Both the position numbers and the translations under genes were made by a program. A DNA stretch of 62,917 nt, counting the filler, from Octopus bimaculoides (taxonomy: Eukaryota): assembly GCF_001194135.2 (NCBI RefSeq). It is 4 parts of 4 records of this genome, joined end to end, with 100 filler letters (N's around TTAATTAATTAA, not from the genome) between each part and the next. Parts side by side here need not be neighbours in the genome. Positions count along the whole stretch, not along the records: positions 23,155 to 37,950 come from NC_069006.1; 3 more parts are not named here. One strand, given 5' to 3'. This document shows positions 24,790 to 36,242 of this stretch, in pieces. The notes under the pieces were generated by a model, which searched no databases, was not told where the DNA came from, and saw only the letters and a list, made by a program, of their open reading frames with translations. Positions within the stretch are counted from its first letter, which is position 1; each line of letters starts with the position of its first letter.

Positions 24790-25160
24790 CCTTGTTTCAG
24801 CCATTAGACTGTGGCCATGCTGGGGCAACACCTTGAAAATCTTTAGTCAAATGAATCAACCCCAGTATTTATTTGTTTTTGTTAAGCCTGGTACTTATTC
24901 TATTGGTCTCTTTTGCTGAACCACTAAGTTACAGGAATGTAAACACCAACACTGGTTGTCAAGCAGTGGTGGGAGACAAACATGCACACACATATATACA
25001 TTTACGACACAGGCTTCTTTCAGTTTCCTTCTCCCAAATCCACTCACAAAGCTTTGGTCAGCCCGTGGTTATAGTAGAAGATACTTGCTCAAGGTGCCAC
25101 ACAGTGGGACTGAACCCAGAACCATGTGGTTGGGAAGCAAACACCCTTACTACACAGTCA
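24790..25160 (-). mobile_element. SINE family A full length
   Basis: gccatgctggggcaacacc...aagcctggtacttattctattggtctc...aaggtgccacacagtgggactgaacccagaaccatgtgg. Confidence 0.88.
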
Positions 25161-25164
25161 TACA

Positions 25165-25400
25165 TGTTGTTGTTGTAATAGTAGTGGTGTTGATAGTGGT
25201 TGTGGTGGTGGTGGTAGCAGTGGCAGCAGTGATGTTGGCGGTAGTAGTGGTGGTAATGGTGGTGGTGGTGATAATGGTGGTAGTAGTAGTTGTTGTGGTG
25301 GTTGTGATAATGGTGGCAGAAATGGTGGTGGTGGTGGTTGTAGTAGTAGTAGTAATGGTGGCAGTTGTGGTGGTGACAGTGATGGTAGTGGTGGTAGTGG
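25165..25400. repeat. (GGT/AGT)n tract
   Basis: Directly visible. Confidence 0.9.
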
Positions 25401-25649
25401 TGATTTTTGTTTGTGTTGTATGGATAGTTTCCTGTTAAACCATGTATGTGTGGGAGTTTGTATGTTTATGAGTGTATGAGTACATACGTGTGTGTACGAG
25501 TGTGTTCATGTGTGTGTGTGTGTGTATGTGTGTGTGTATGAGTGTGTTCATATGTGTGTATGTGCATATGTCTGTGTTTATTTTGTGTGTTAATACATGT
25601 AGAGTGTGCCTATATGTGTTTAGGTGTGTACGTGTATGTGTTTATTTTG

Positions 25650-26545
25650 CTGCACCACTACAACCACGAACAACGCAACCACTACCACAACCACCACCAC
25701 TACTACTACTGCTACTACAAGCATTACTACTAATACCTCTACCACTACCACAAGCATTACCTCTGCTGCTGCTACTACTACCTCCCAAACCACCACATCT
25801 TTTACGACAACTACCACATGTACCACTATTATCACAATCTCCACACCAACCACAACCCCCACAATCACTACCACTGCTGCAGCTACCATCACCATAACTA
25901 CCACTACAACCATCATAAGCACCACGAAAACCTTCACCATCTTTACTACTACCACCACAAACACTATCACCACCACTACAACTATCTCTGCAACTACTAT
26001 CACGATTACACCAACACCTCAAGCACCAACAACACTATCACCACCACTCTCATTAACACTACCACCACCATCACCACTACAACCAACACCACAATTACTA
26101 CCACCACCACTATCACCATCGTTATTACTACTACTGCTACTTCTACCATCATAACTACCATTAACACCACTACATCTCTTACAACTGCCACCACCATCAC
26201 AGCCTCCACATCCACCACTACCACCACTACTACCGCAAGCACAATCACCTCCATCCCAAATGCTGCTATCAGAACCATCATCGCGACTACTATCGCCACC
26301 ACTATCATTACTACTACCACTACAAACACCACTGCTATCACCATGACCACTACCATCATAACCATCAATATCACTACTATAACCACCATTACCACCCAGA
26401 CCATGACAATCACCACTGCAAAAACTACTACCATCAAAACCACTACCACCACCACCATCAACACCACCACCACTATAACGACCATTACCACCAGCACCAC
26501 AACCCCAACCACCCCAACCACTGCTACCACCACAACCACTACTAT
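25650..26545. repeat. (ACC/ACT/ATC)n tract (complement of the upstream GGT tracts)
   Basis: Directly visible; gives Thr/His/Pro pseudo-ORFs. Confidence 0.92.
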
Positions 26546-27404
26546 AATAAACAATGTCAATGATGTTAATCCAACCCATATGCCATGGGAAATAATTTTG
26601 GTAGTTTTCCGTGTCTGAATAGGTTTTACAGTAGTTTTGATGGTTTCTTCTTCAAATTTACCTGTGGAAAATCAAATATAGCAATAAAATATTTTTATAA
26701 TAAAAACAGAAAAAAAAAAAAAGAAATCACAGAAGAATGGTTTAATGCTAATAATAATAATAACAATAATAATAATAATAATAATAATAATATATTATTA
26801 TTATTATTATTATTATTATNNNNNNNNNNNNNNNNNNNNNNNNNNNNNNNNNNNNNNNNNNNNNNNNNNNNNNNNNNNNNNNNNNNNNNNNNNNNNNNNN
26901 NNNNNNNNNNNNNNNNNNNNNNNNNNNNNNNNNNNNNNNNNNNNNNNNNNNNNNNNNNNNNNNNNNNNNNNNNNNNNNNNNNNNNNNNNNNNNNNNNNNN
27001 NNNNNNNNNNNNNNNNNNNNNNNNNNNNNNNNNNNNNNNNNNNNNNNNNNNNNNNNNNNNNNNNNNNNNNNNNNNNNNNNNNNNNNNNNNNNNNNNNNNN
27101 NNNNNNNNNNNNNNNNNNNNNNNNNNNNNNNNNNNNNNNNNNNNNNNNNNNNNNNNNNNNNNNNNNNNNNNNNNNNNNNNNNNNNNNNNNGAAGAAAATT
27201 CTAACTGGGCCCCACCTGCGAGGTCATGCGCTGTTTATCTTGATATGAGATCGCCATGTCGTGCACATATGGTTGTGATGCATGTGCCTGGTGTACCCTT
27301 ATCAGACGGGTAGTGATAGTGGGTGTATTGGGCTTCGTATATTTTACCCCAGTGTCACTTTGATGGCATGCACTGCTCTCTCACTCAATAATAATTATAA
27401 TAAT

Positions 27405-27766
27405 AACAAGAGCACTCAGAGAGCGAAAACCTCTGTCAAGGCAACACCAACGTCCTCTCAACGATTAGCTGGAGATGAGATTTTTAAAATGAGAATATCT
27501 GAAATAAACTCAACTGTTCTCACAAATGAGAATACTAAAAATGAACCCGACTGCTCTCAAAAATTAAGTAAAACAACCGGAATAATAATCCAGAATCCTT
27601 GTTCAGTATCAGATCGATCCCAAAATTTAATCAGTTCGTGCCAGTCATGAGGCTAAACATCTCTGAAAGTTTCATCCAAATCCATCCAGCGGTTGTTAAG
27701 ATATCTTGTCCATGGATAAACAAACATGACTGAAAACGATACCTCCATCTTCGCTAAGACAGAGGT
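27405..27766 (+). mobile_element. Helentron/DINE-1-like non-autonomous element, copy 1
   Basis: Aligns along its length with 47035-47409; 5' acctctgtcaagg, ACAA repeats near the 3' end, terminal imperfect hairpin acctccat..acagaggt. Confidence 0.65.
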
Positions 27767-27769
27767 AAT

Positions 27770-28236
27770 AATGATTTCAAATTTTGGCACTGATTCAGTA
27801 GTTTCGGTGGAGGGGGAAAATTGATTACACTGACCCCATTGGTACTTAATTTAACAAGCCCAAAAGGATGGTATTTATTTTATCAACCCTGGAAGAATGA
27901 AAGACAAAGTTGACCATGGTGGAATTTGAATTCAGAATGTGAAATCGGAAGAAATGCTGCTTCGCATTTTGTCCAGCACAGCAACGAATCTGCCTGCTCA
28001 CCACTTTAATGATATTGGTTTTAAATTTTGGCACAAGGCCAGCAGTTTCAAGGTAGAAGATAAATCAATTACATCAAACACAGTGTTTCACTGGTACGTA
28101 TTTAACTGACCCCAAAAGGATGAAAGGCAAAGTCGACCTCAGCAACATTTGAACACAGAACATAAAGATGGACAAAATGCCACCATGCATTTTTCCCCCC
28201 GCATGCTAATGATTCTGCCAGCTCACTGTCTTTGCC

Positions 28237-28277
<41 letters not shown>

Positions 28278-28768
28278 TATTATTATTTTTATTATTATTA
28301 TTATTATACTTTCCATTGTAGGCACAAGGCCTGAAATGTGAGAGGGTGCTAGTCGTTACATCGAGCCCAGTGCTCAACTGGTACTTAATTTTTCGACCCC
28401 AAAAATATGAAAAGCAAAATCAACCTCAGCAGAATTTGAACCCAGAATGTAAAGACAGATGAAATACCACTAAGCATTTTGCTCAGTGCGGTAATGATTC
28501 TACTGGCTTGCAACTTTATAACAGTAACAACAACAATAATAATAATAATCTTTTCTACTGGAGGCACAAGGCCTCAGATTTGTTGGGAGGGAACTAGTTG
28601 ATTACCTTGACCCCACAGTGTTTCAACTGGTACTTAAATTATTGAGCCCATAAGGATTGAAGGCAAAGTCGACCTTGGCAGAATTTGAACTCAGAACGTA
28701 ACGATAGACAACATACAGCTAAGCATTTTGTCCAGTGTGCTAACGATTCTACCAGCTCACCGCCTTCT

Positions 28769-28804
<36 letters not shown>

Positions 28805-29160
28805 GTAGTAGTAATAATATTAATAATAATAATTATAATAATAATAATAAACTTCTAACTTGTTGTCTCTTGAGGTCTCTGGGTGAGACTTGGATCCAAC
28901 TTGTACAAATGCAAAGCAAAAGTCAAACATAAAATAATAATAACAATAATAATAATCCTTTCTACTAAAGGCACAAGGCCTGAAATTTGGGGGGAGGGGA
29001 CTTCAATTACATCAACACCAGTGTTTTCCTGATACTTAAGGATGAAAGGATGAAAGGCAAAGTCGATCTTGGTGGAATTTGAACCTAGAACATAAAGACA
29101 GCTGAAAAGCCACTAAGCATTTTGCTCAGTGCGGTAACAATTCTGCTGGCTTGCAACTTT
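27770..29160 (-). mobile_element. Array of about 5 co-oriented SINE family B copies separated by (AAT)n runs
   Basis: ggatgaaa(g)(a/g)caaa(g/a)t(c/t)(g/a)a(c/t)c modules at about 27895, 28118, 28405, 28652 and 29047; ggcacaaggcc tail motif repeated. Confidence 0.9.
28851..28935 (+). mobile_element. Possible heavily truncated Dong/R4-type 3' end within (AAT)n
   Basis: gaggtctctgggtgagacttgga followed by an A-rich stretch and AAT tail, loosely like the 3' UTRs at 16570-16600 and 53330-53390; inference. Confidence 0.35.
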
Positions 29161-29189
29161 ATAATAACAACAACAACAACAATAACAAC

Positions 29190-29234
<45 letters not shown>

Positions 29235-29235
<1 letters not shown>

Positions 29236-29720
29236 GTATCTCTCTGCTCTTACTATTTTGCCTTAATCTAATACCATTAACAAACCTGTTGAACGAAACC
29301 ATCAATAGTTATTGATGCTATAAAGGAACTATAAACCATCTTCTCTGTGTCGATAACTTAAAAACATTTACCAGGGCTAATACCCAGTGGGAAAACCAAT
29401 TCTGGAGTGTTCATCAATTCAGCCAAGACATAAAAATGAGTGTGAGCTTAGATACATATGCCAAGGCTACAATAAGAAGAAACGAATTAACTAGAATGAG
29501 AATATCAAATTAGATCAACACCAATATCTGAGAATTAGATCAGAACCAACCATAGAGATATTCAGGAATAGATGAAGCTTATAAAATGCAAAACGTGGCA
29601 AGGAAGGAGAAAATTAGAAAAGTGTTATTACATAAGAGTTAAACTAATATCAAAAAACTTAATGCTAGAAATAGGATAATAGGTTTACATATGCTTGTCA
29701 TCCTAGTTATAAACTATGGG
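29235..29720 (+). mobile_element. R4/Dong reverse transcriptase fragment (decayed), directly after (AAT)n
   Basis: LLFCL.LIPLTNLLN; NHLLCVDNLKTF (HLLYMDDLK homologue); FSQDIKM; IRELDQ; KEKIRK. Confidence 0.75.
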
Positions 29721-29721
29721 T

Positions 29722-30350
29722 GTGATTGTGGCTGTGTGGGTTAGAAGCTTGCTTCCCAACCATGTGGTCTTGGGTTCAGTCCCACTGCGCAGCACCTTGG
29801 GCAAGTGTTTTCTACTGTAGCTCTAACCAAGTAATGTCTAGTGAGTGGATTTGGTGTATGGAAACTGAAAGAAGCCCAATGCTAGAAATAGGATAATAGG
29901 TTTACATATGCTTGTCATCCTAGTTATAAACTATGGGTGTGATTGTGGCTGTGTGGGTTAGAAGCTTGCTTCCCAACCATGTGGTCTTGGGTTCAGTCCC
30001 ACTGCGCAGCACCTTGGGCAAGTGTTTTCTACTGTAGCTCTAACCAAGTAATGCCTAGTTAGTGAATTTGGTGTATGGAAACTGAAAGAAGCCCGTTGTA
30101 TTTATATATGTGTATATATCTATGTATGTGTCTTCCTGTTTGTGTTGTGTTTGTTCCCCGCCAATCCTTGACAAACGGTGTTGGTTTGTTTATGTCCCAG
30201 TAACTTAGCATATTGAAGAGAAACTGATAGAACAAATGGCAGACTTTTTTTAAAAAAAGTACTAGGTTCAATCAGCTTGACTTACCCTTTCAAGGCAGTG
30301 CCCCAGCATGGCCACAATCCAGTGACTGACACAAATAAATGGTAAAAGAG
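29722..30350 (+). mobile_element. SINE family A with duplicated head (part of a 217-bp tandem duplication)
   Basis: gtggctgtgtgggttagaagcttgcttcccaaccatgtgg occurs twice; second head continues to the 3' end cagtgccccagcatggcc. Confidence 0.85.
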
Positions 30351-30429
30351 AAAGATATAGCTTCAATGTAAGGAATTAGAATTAGAATGGAATGAAAACC
30401 TTAGAAAAACCAAGAAATTACTGACAGCG

Positions 30430-30845
30430 CAGAAGTGGCTGTGTGGTAAGTAGCTTGCTTACCAACCACATGGTTCCAGGTTCATTCCCACTGCGTGGCA
30501 CCTTGGGCAAGTGTCTTCTACTATAGCCTTGGGCCAACCAAAGCCTTGTGAGTGAATTTGGTAGACAGAAACTGAAAGAAGCCCGTCGTATATATGTATA
30601 TATATATATGTATGTGTGTATATGTTTCTGTCTGTGTTTGTCCCCCCAACATCGCTTGACAACCAATGCTGGTGTGCTTACATCCCCGTAACTTAGCAGT
30701 TTGGCAAAAGGACACCGATAGAATAAGTACTAGGCTTACAAAGAATAAGTCCTGGAGTCGATTTGCTCGACTAAAAGGCGGTGCTCCAGCATGGCCGCAG
30801 TCAAATGACTGAAACGAGTAAAAGAGTAAGAAGAGTAAAAAGAGT
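30430..30845 (+). mobile_element. SINE family A full length, young
   Basis: Close to the window consensus from gtggctgtgtggtaagtagcttgc to gactgaaacgagtaaaagagtaag. Confidence 0.93.
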
Positions 30846-30883
30846 AGTGTTCTGAAGCCACCAACCTCAAAAATGATATAGAT

Positions 30884-31370
30884 CAGGGGTCAGTGAACCA
30901 GAGTAAATTACCCCAGGTAAGATAAAAATGAAATTCTTGGGAGTAATGAGGACTCACTGGACATAAGTAAAATTATATAAAAAAAAACGTGTTCCTTGTT
31001 ATAGCAAAAATTTTTCTTTTGACAACACTGCATCTGTCCAGTGTAATGGACTTGTTTAGAAGACGTCAGACCATTCTGGACTACAAACAATTTGGTTGCT
31101 AAGGTGTTGTCAACATCATTTCCCCAAAACCTGAAATGAAAATGTTTCTAGAAAACTCCTTTTGTTTTATAATGAGGATATTAATTTATTTTATTGCATT
31201 TGCGTTATACATTTTGTATTTATAATTGTATTCTCCATATAAATAGATTCAATAAACCTTTTGAATTCAATGAATCTATGATTTTCATCCTTTTAAATCA
31301 AGGGAGTAACATTAGTGTAAATAAATATATATATTTGGGGTAATTGGTTAGAAAAGTTCCCTGACCCCTG
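30884..31370 (+). mobile_element. hAT Buster/Charlie-like MITE, 487 bp
   Basis: TIRs caggggtcagtgaac / gttccctgacccctg (14/15 match); flanks atatagat / gtattgac match 5/8, and the left flank has the central TA typical of Buster 8-bp TSDs; encodes QHHFPKT* like 9921-10127. Confidence 0.8.
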
Positions 31371-31554
31371 GTATTGACAGAATATAACTGCCTTGCACAC
31401 GACGAAGGTGGGGGTGGTTTGTTACAAATAGAAAACTACTACACACTAACAACAGCAGAACTAGAAAAATACTGAGAAACAAATTAAGAACTGATAAATG
31501 TTATAAAAAAAACATACTGGTAACTGGCTAACACGAAACAAAAATAGTTAAATC

Positions 31555-31820
31555 AACTTGACAAAGTGGTAGCGTATTAACTTGACATAGTAATTGCTAA
31601 TTTACATGACACGGTGGTAGATAATTAACTTGCCATAATGATTGCTAATTACCTTGTCTCAGTGGTTACTAATTAATGTGACACAATGGTAGCTAATTAA
31701 TGTGACACAGTGTTAACCAATTAACTCGACATAGTGGTAGTATGTTGTTGCGATACAACAGTTGCTAATCATCTTGACGCAGGGATAAATAATTAATGTG
31801 ATTTACAGCAGTAACTAATT
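31555..31820. repeat. 24-bp-period degenerate minisatellite, about 11 units
   Basis: Units such as aacttgacaaagtggtagcgtatt, aacttgacatagtaattgctaatt, aatgtgacacaatggtagctaatt. Confidence 0.85.
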
Positions 31821-31914
31821 AATCAAAATTCTTGATTAGCGTCTCTGGCTATGGTTCTTTCAACCTTATTGTGGTTAAATATCAGGGAGTGATGCTGAGG
31901 ATAAAATTATGAAG

Positions 31915-32112
31915 AGAATCTTGGTGATACGCATTGGAGGAGTCATAGTGACAAGCGGGCAGGACTGTCAGCAGCTGCACAAAATGCTCAGCAGCATTTC
32001 ATGCATCTTTATGACGCAAGTTCAATTTCTACCAAGGCCAACTTTGCTTTTTATCCTTCCGGGGGTCAATAAAATCAGTACTAGTTGGACACTGGGGTTG
32101 ATGTAATCGACT
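31915..32112 (+). mobile_element. SINE family B (plus-strand copy)
   Basis: aagttcaatttctaccaaggccaactttgctttttatccttccgggggtcaataaaatcagtact...gatgtaatcgact. Confidence 0.75.
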
Positions 32113-32320
32113 TACACAGACACACAAATACATATATATATATATTATTAAAAAAATGGCAAACAATCATATATTAATTAATATCGATTAATTACCAAAT
32201 GTCTTGCCCGCTTACGTTTTGGTATCACGCTATATTTCATGTTGAGAACAATTTAGGTCTTTTTAGACACAAGATGTGATCTATTTCTAGCACATTAAAT
32301 GTCCACGTTAGTGGTCAACG

Positions 32321-32384
<64 letters not shown>

Positions 32385-32389
<5 letters not shown>

Positions 32390-32550
32390 ACGGCTTCTTT
32401 CAGTTTCCGTCTACCAAATCCACTCACAAGGCTTTGGTCGGCCCTAGGTTATAGTAGAAGACACTTGCCCAAGGTGCCACACAGTGGGACTGAACCCGGA
32501 ACCATGTGGTTGGTAAGCAAGCTACTTACCACACAGCCACTCCTGTGCCT
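32385..32550 (-). mobile_element. SINE family A 5' half, young
   Basis: ggcttctttcagtttccgtctaccaaatccactcacaaggctttggtcgg...cttaccacacagccactcct. Confidence 0.92.
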
Positions 32551-32741
32551 ATTTAATTTTCAAGATTATTAATTTTCCATTTTCCTGGCTTTTCCTTTTG
32601 CAGTATTATCTAACTCTCTGGATTCTTTTAGTCCTGAATTACCTATTTTCCTCATTTCCATTTTCCTGCTTTTCTTACTGCAGTATTATCTTCTAATCTG
32701 CTGTATTCTTTATTCTTGGACTATCTAATCCTAATTATGAA

Positions 32742-33058
32742 CGCGCATGGCTTGGTGGTTAGGGAACTTGGACCATGATCATAAGGTCACACATTCGATA
32801 CTTGGTGGTGCATTGTATCCTTGAGCAAAACTCTTTATTTCACATTGCTCCAGTCCACTCAGCTGGCAAAACTGAATTATCCCTGTATTTTAAAGGGCCA
32901 TCTTTGTCACATTCTGTGTCGTGCTGAATCTCCCTGATGACTACATTAAGGTTACGTATGTTTGTGGAGTGGTCAGCTACTTGGACGTTAATTTCACAAG
33001 CAGGTTGTTCCGTTGATCGGAGCAACTGGAACCCTTGTTGTTGTAACTGGCAGAGTGT
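32742..33058 (+). mobile_element. SINE family D (tRNA head plus CORE-like gtatccttgagcaa)
   Basis: gcatggcttggtggttaggg head; ctccagtccactcagctggcaaaa; homologous to 59150-59535 on the minus strand. Confidence 0.75.
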
Positions 33059-33171
33059 CAGTTAATCCCCTAACCTTCATATTCATATATTTCTAATTCT
33101 TCTCACTTTCCTTTCCCTTGAATTTCCTTGTTTTCTGGTTTGTCTATCTATCTTTTATTGTTTATCTTTTA

Positions 33172-33560
33172 TCTTTAACTTGTTTCAGTCATTGGACATC
33201 AGCCATGCTGGAGCACCACCTTGAAGGGGTTAATCAAACAAATTGACCTCAGTACTTATTTTTTTAAAGCCTGGTACTTATTCTATTGTTCTCTTTTGCT
33301 AAAACACTTAGTTACAGGATGTAAACAAACCAACAATGATTATTAAACATTGATAGGGGACAAACACATACACAAAGTCACACACACATACACACATATA
33401 TGATGAGCTTCTTTCAATTTCTATCTACCAAATCCACTCACAAGGTCTTGGTCGGCCCGAGGCTATAGTAGGAGACACTTGCCCAAGATGTCATGCAGTG
33501 GGACTGAATCCAGAACCATGCAGTCGGAAAGCAAGCTTCTTACCACACAGCCACTCCTGC
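33172..33560 (-). mobile_element. SINE family A full length
   Basis: gccatgctggagcaccacc...aaatccactcacaagg...cttaccacacagccactcct. Confidence 0.88.
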
Positions 33561-34747
33561 CCCTTTTTCTGGATTATATAATATTCTGTTTCCCTAATCC
33601 CAGATTATCTTATCCCCTGGTTTTCCTATACTACAATAAGCCACTTACCTGATCTTCTTATTTGTGGATTATGTAATACCCTGTTTTCCTTATTCCTAGA
33701 TTACATAATCTTCTGGTTCTTCCCATTCCCGTGTCCCCTAATCATCTCATTTTATTGTTGAATACCCCATTTTATTTATCCAAACATCATAATTCATTGT
33801 AGTCAATTTTCCCCCAAAAAACCTTTTTATTCTTCACTATATTTTCATTTTTGTATTGAATAATATTCATTTTCCTTTCATACTCCTCCAACGTGCTATT
33901 CTCCTCCATCGTACAAACATTAATTCCATATTTTTATATACGAAGAAATTTTCATTATTTCAAATTCTAATATTTCATTTAATATTTCTGTAGCTATTCT
34001 TTGATTATATTTTCTTGTTGTTATTTTGGTATTTTTCCCTTTCTGACTTGCTTCTGTTGTTTCCTTCTGTTCCTATCACTAATATTAATGCCGGCTTCTT
34101 CAGCTATTAATGGCCATGTTAGGCCTCATTAGCTTCTTTCATTCTGTAATTATTTTTTAATGTTCAGCAAATATTTCCACAATCCAGTTATCATTTAGCT
34201 CCTCATTCTACAATATTCAACAAATGAGAACCAGACCTCCCCCTACATACGACATCAATCAATAGTTACAGTTCATATCAGGCTACACGTGATCTACTAT
34301 GCCAATGTCATTCTCTACTTCACCTTACAGAAGAGTAGACTTACGGAAAGATAATAATTTCTCGGACTATTAACCTCATCTCTTGAGATGAAAGACTTGT
34401 CAATATTTATATTTACTGTCTCTAAATATCCACATTTACATCTGTGTACGATGTAAATGTTTAAATATTGAAAAATATTTCATCCCTAGAGACAAGGTTA
34501 AAATTCTGCTAAATGATAATCTTATTAAAAACAGCTCATCTTGAACGTTTTAAACATTTACATTTATTGTTTTTAATGCTTTTCTTATTTAATAAACAAT
34601 ATTTTCCTAACATTGAATGAAAAAAAGCCAACAAGTGCCATCTGCAGGGATTCATCCATGAAACGTTTATCAAGATAACATCATTCAACTTTAAATGCTT
34701 CTCAGATTCACTTGCCCAAAGTACCAAACACACACACACACACATGT

Positions 34748-35015
34748 GGTTGTGTGTGGCTGTGTGGTAAGAAGTTTGCTTCCCAAACACATGGTTTCAG
34801 GTTCAGTCCCACTGCATGACATTTGGGCAAGTGTCTGCTACTACAGGCTCATGCTAACTAAAGTTTTGTAAGTGGATTTGGGAGATGGAAACTGATAAAA
34901 GCCTGTCATGCATATATATATAGCTACATGGTTTCGGGTTCAGTCCCACTGCGTGGCACCTTGGGCAAGTATCTTCTGCTATAGCCCCAGGCCGACCGAA
35001 GCTTTGTGATTGAAT
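34748..35015 (+). mobile_element. Two tandem SINE family A heads
   Basis: gtggctgtgtggtaagaagtttgcttcccaaacacatgg and catggtttcgggttcagtcccactgcgtggcaccttgggcaag. Confidence 0.8.
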
Positions 35016-35081
35016 TTGGTAGGTGGAAGTTACTGCTGTGAGTGTATATGTCTGTGTAGTGCTTGTGCCTCTCCAAGAGAG

Positions 35082-35084
<3 letters not shown>

Positions 35085-35118
<34 letters not shown>

Positions 35119-35200
35119 GCCACAACCACACACACACACACACACATACATGTGCTATCATTACACACACACACACACACACACACATACATGTGCTTTC

Positions 35201-35244
<44 letters not shown>

Positions 35245-35253
35245 TGTGCTTTC

Positions 35254-35284
<31 letters not shown>

Positions 35285-35320
35285 CTGCGTGCATGTACAT
35301 ACCCACACAGACACACACAA
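35085..35320. repeat. (AT)n then (AC)n with a recurring tacatgtgct(a/t)tcatta spacer
   Basis: Three repeats of (AC)n-tacatgtgctttcatta. Confidence 0.9.
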
Positions 35321-35914
35321 ACCTCCTTCTCTTGCACTCTCCTATCTTAGAAAGAACTTTTTCTTCATCCATTCCCTTCCGGTCATTTCAATATGTGACC
35401 GCGTGTGTATCGTTGGCGATTTTCTTTCTCTGTCTTACTTTCTTTGAACTTTTTCTATATTTCTGATGAAGTGCACCACTCAAAACGTGAAATCCTCTTT
35501 CTTTTCTTTCCTTTCCTGAGCATCCAATAACACAGTACTTGTTCCACATCTTCGCCTTGTTGTTCTTTTGTGATGTTTTTGTAGCTTTAATAAAAAGCCT
35601 ATCACTCAACCTCCAGTATTCAAATATTACTTTTGCTCATCTTGTTTCACATAAGAGACGGATAGAATAAGTACCAGGCTTAAAAAGTAAGTCCTGGGGT
35701 CGACTTGTTCAAGGTGGTGCTCCAGCATTAAATTAAATTATTAAATTGATAATTTAGCTTTATGTTTATGTTATTTGTATAAAAATACAGTTTTCTTCTG
35801 TTATTATATAAGCATTTTTTTCAAAACATAAATTTGTTCTCAGAGACCATCCGCACCCTGTATATATATAATTCTTTGTCTATCTTCTTAACTGCTTGGA
35901 GATTTTAGGTATCA

Positions 35915-36242
35915 TCATCATCATCATCATCATCATCATCGTTTAACGTCTGTTTTCCATGCTAGCATGGGTTGGATGATTTGACTGAGGACTGGCAAGC
36001 CAGAAGGCTGCACCAGAAGGCTGCACCAGGCTCCAATCTGATCTGGCAGAGTTTCTACAGCTGGATGCCCTTCCTAACGCTGTAGAAACCACTCTGAGAG
36101 TGTAGTGGGTGCTTTTACGTGCCACCGGCACGAGGGCCAGTCACACGGTACTGGCAATGGCCACGCTCAAAAAGGTGTTTTTTATGTGCCACCTGCACAG
36201 GAGCCAGTCCAGCAGCACTGGCAACGACCTCGCTCGAATGAT
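35915..36242 (-). mobile_element. SINE family C, 3' portion, cut by an assembly gap
   Basis: (CAT)n-cgtttaacgtctgttttccatgctagcatgggttgg...ttttacgtgccaccggcac. Confidence 0.88.

Noticed and set aside
25624-26618. Thr-rich mucin-like ORFs (176 and 266 aa)
   Set aside because: The Thr-rich frame switches midway, all frames on both strands are similarly open because of the triplet repeat, and there is no signal peptide or unique domain
31555-31820. CRISPR-like array
   Set aside because: Contiguous degenerate units without unique spacers, eukaryotic context, no cas genes
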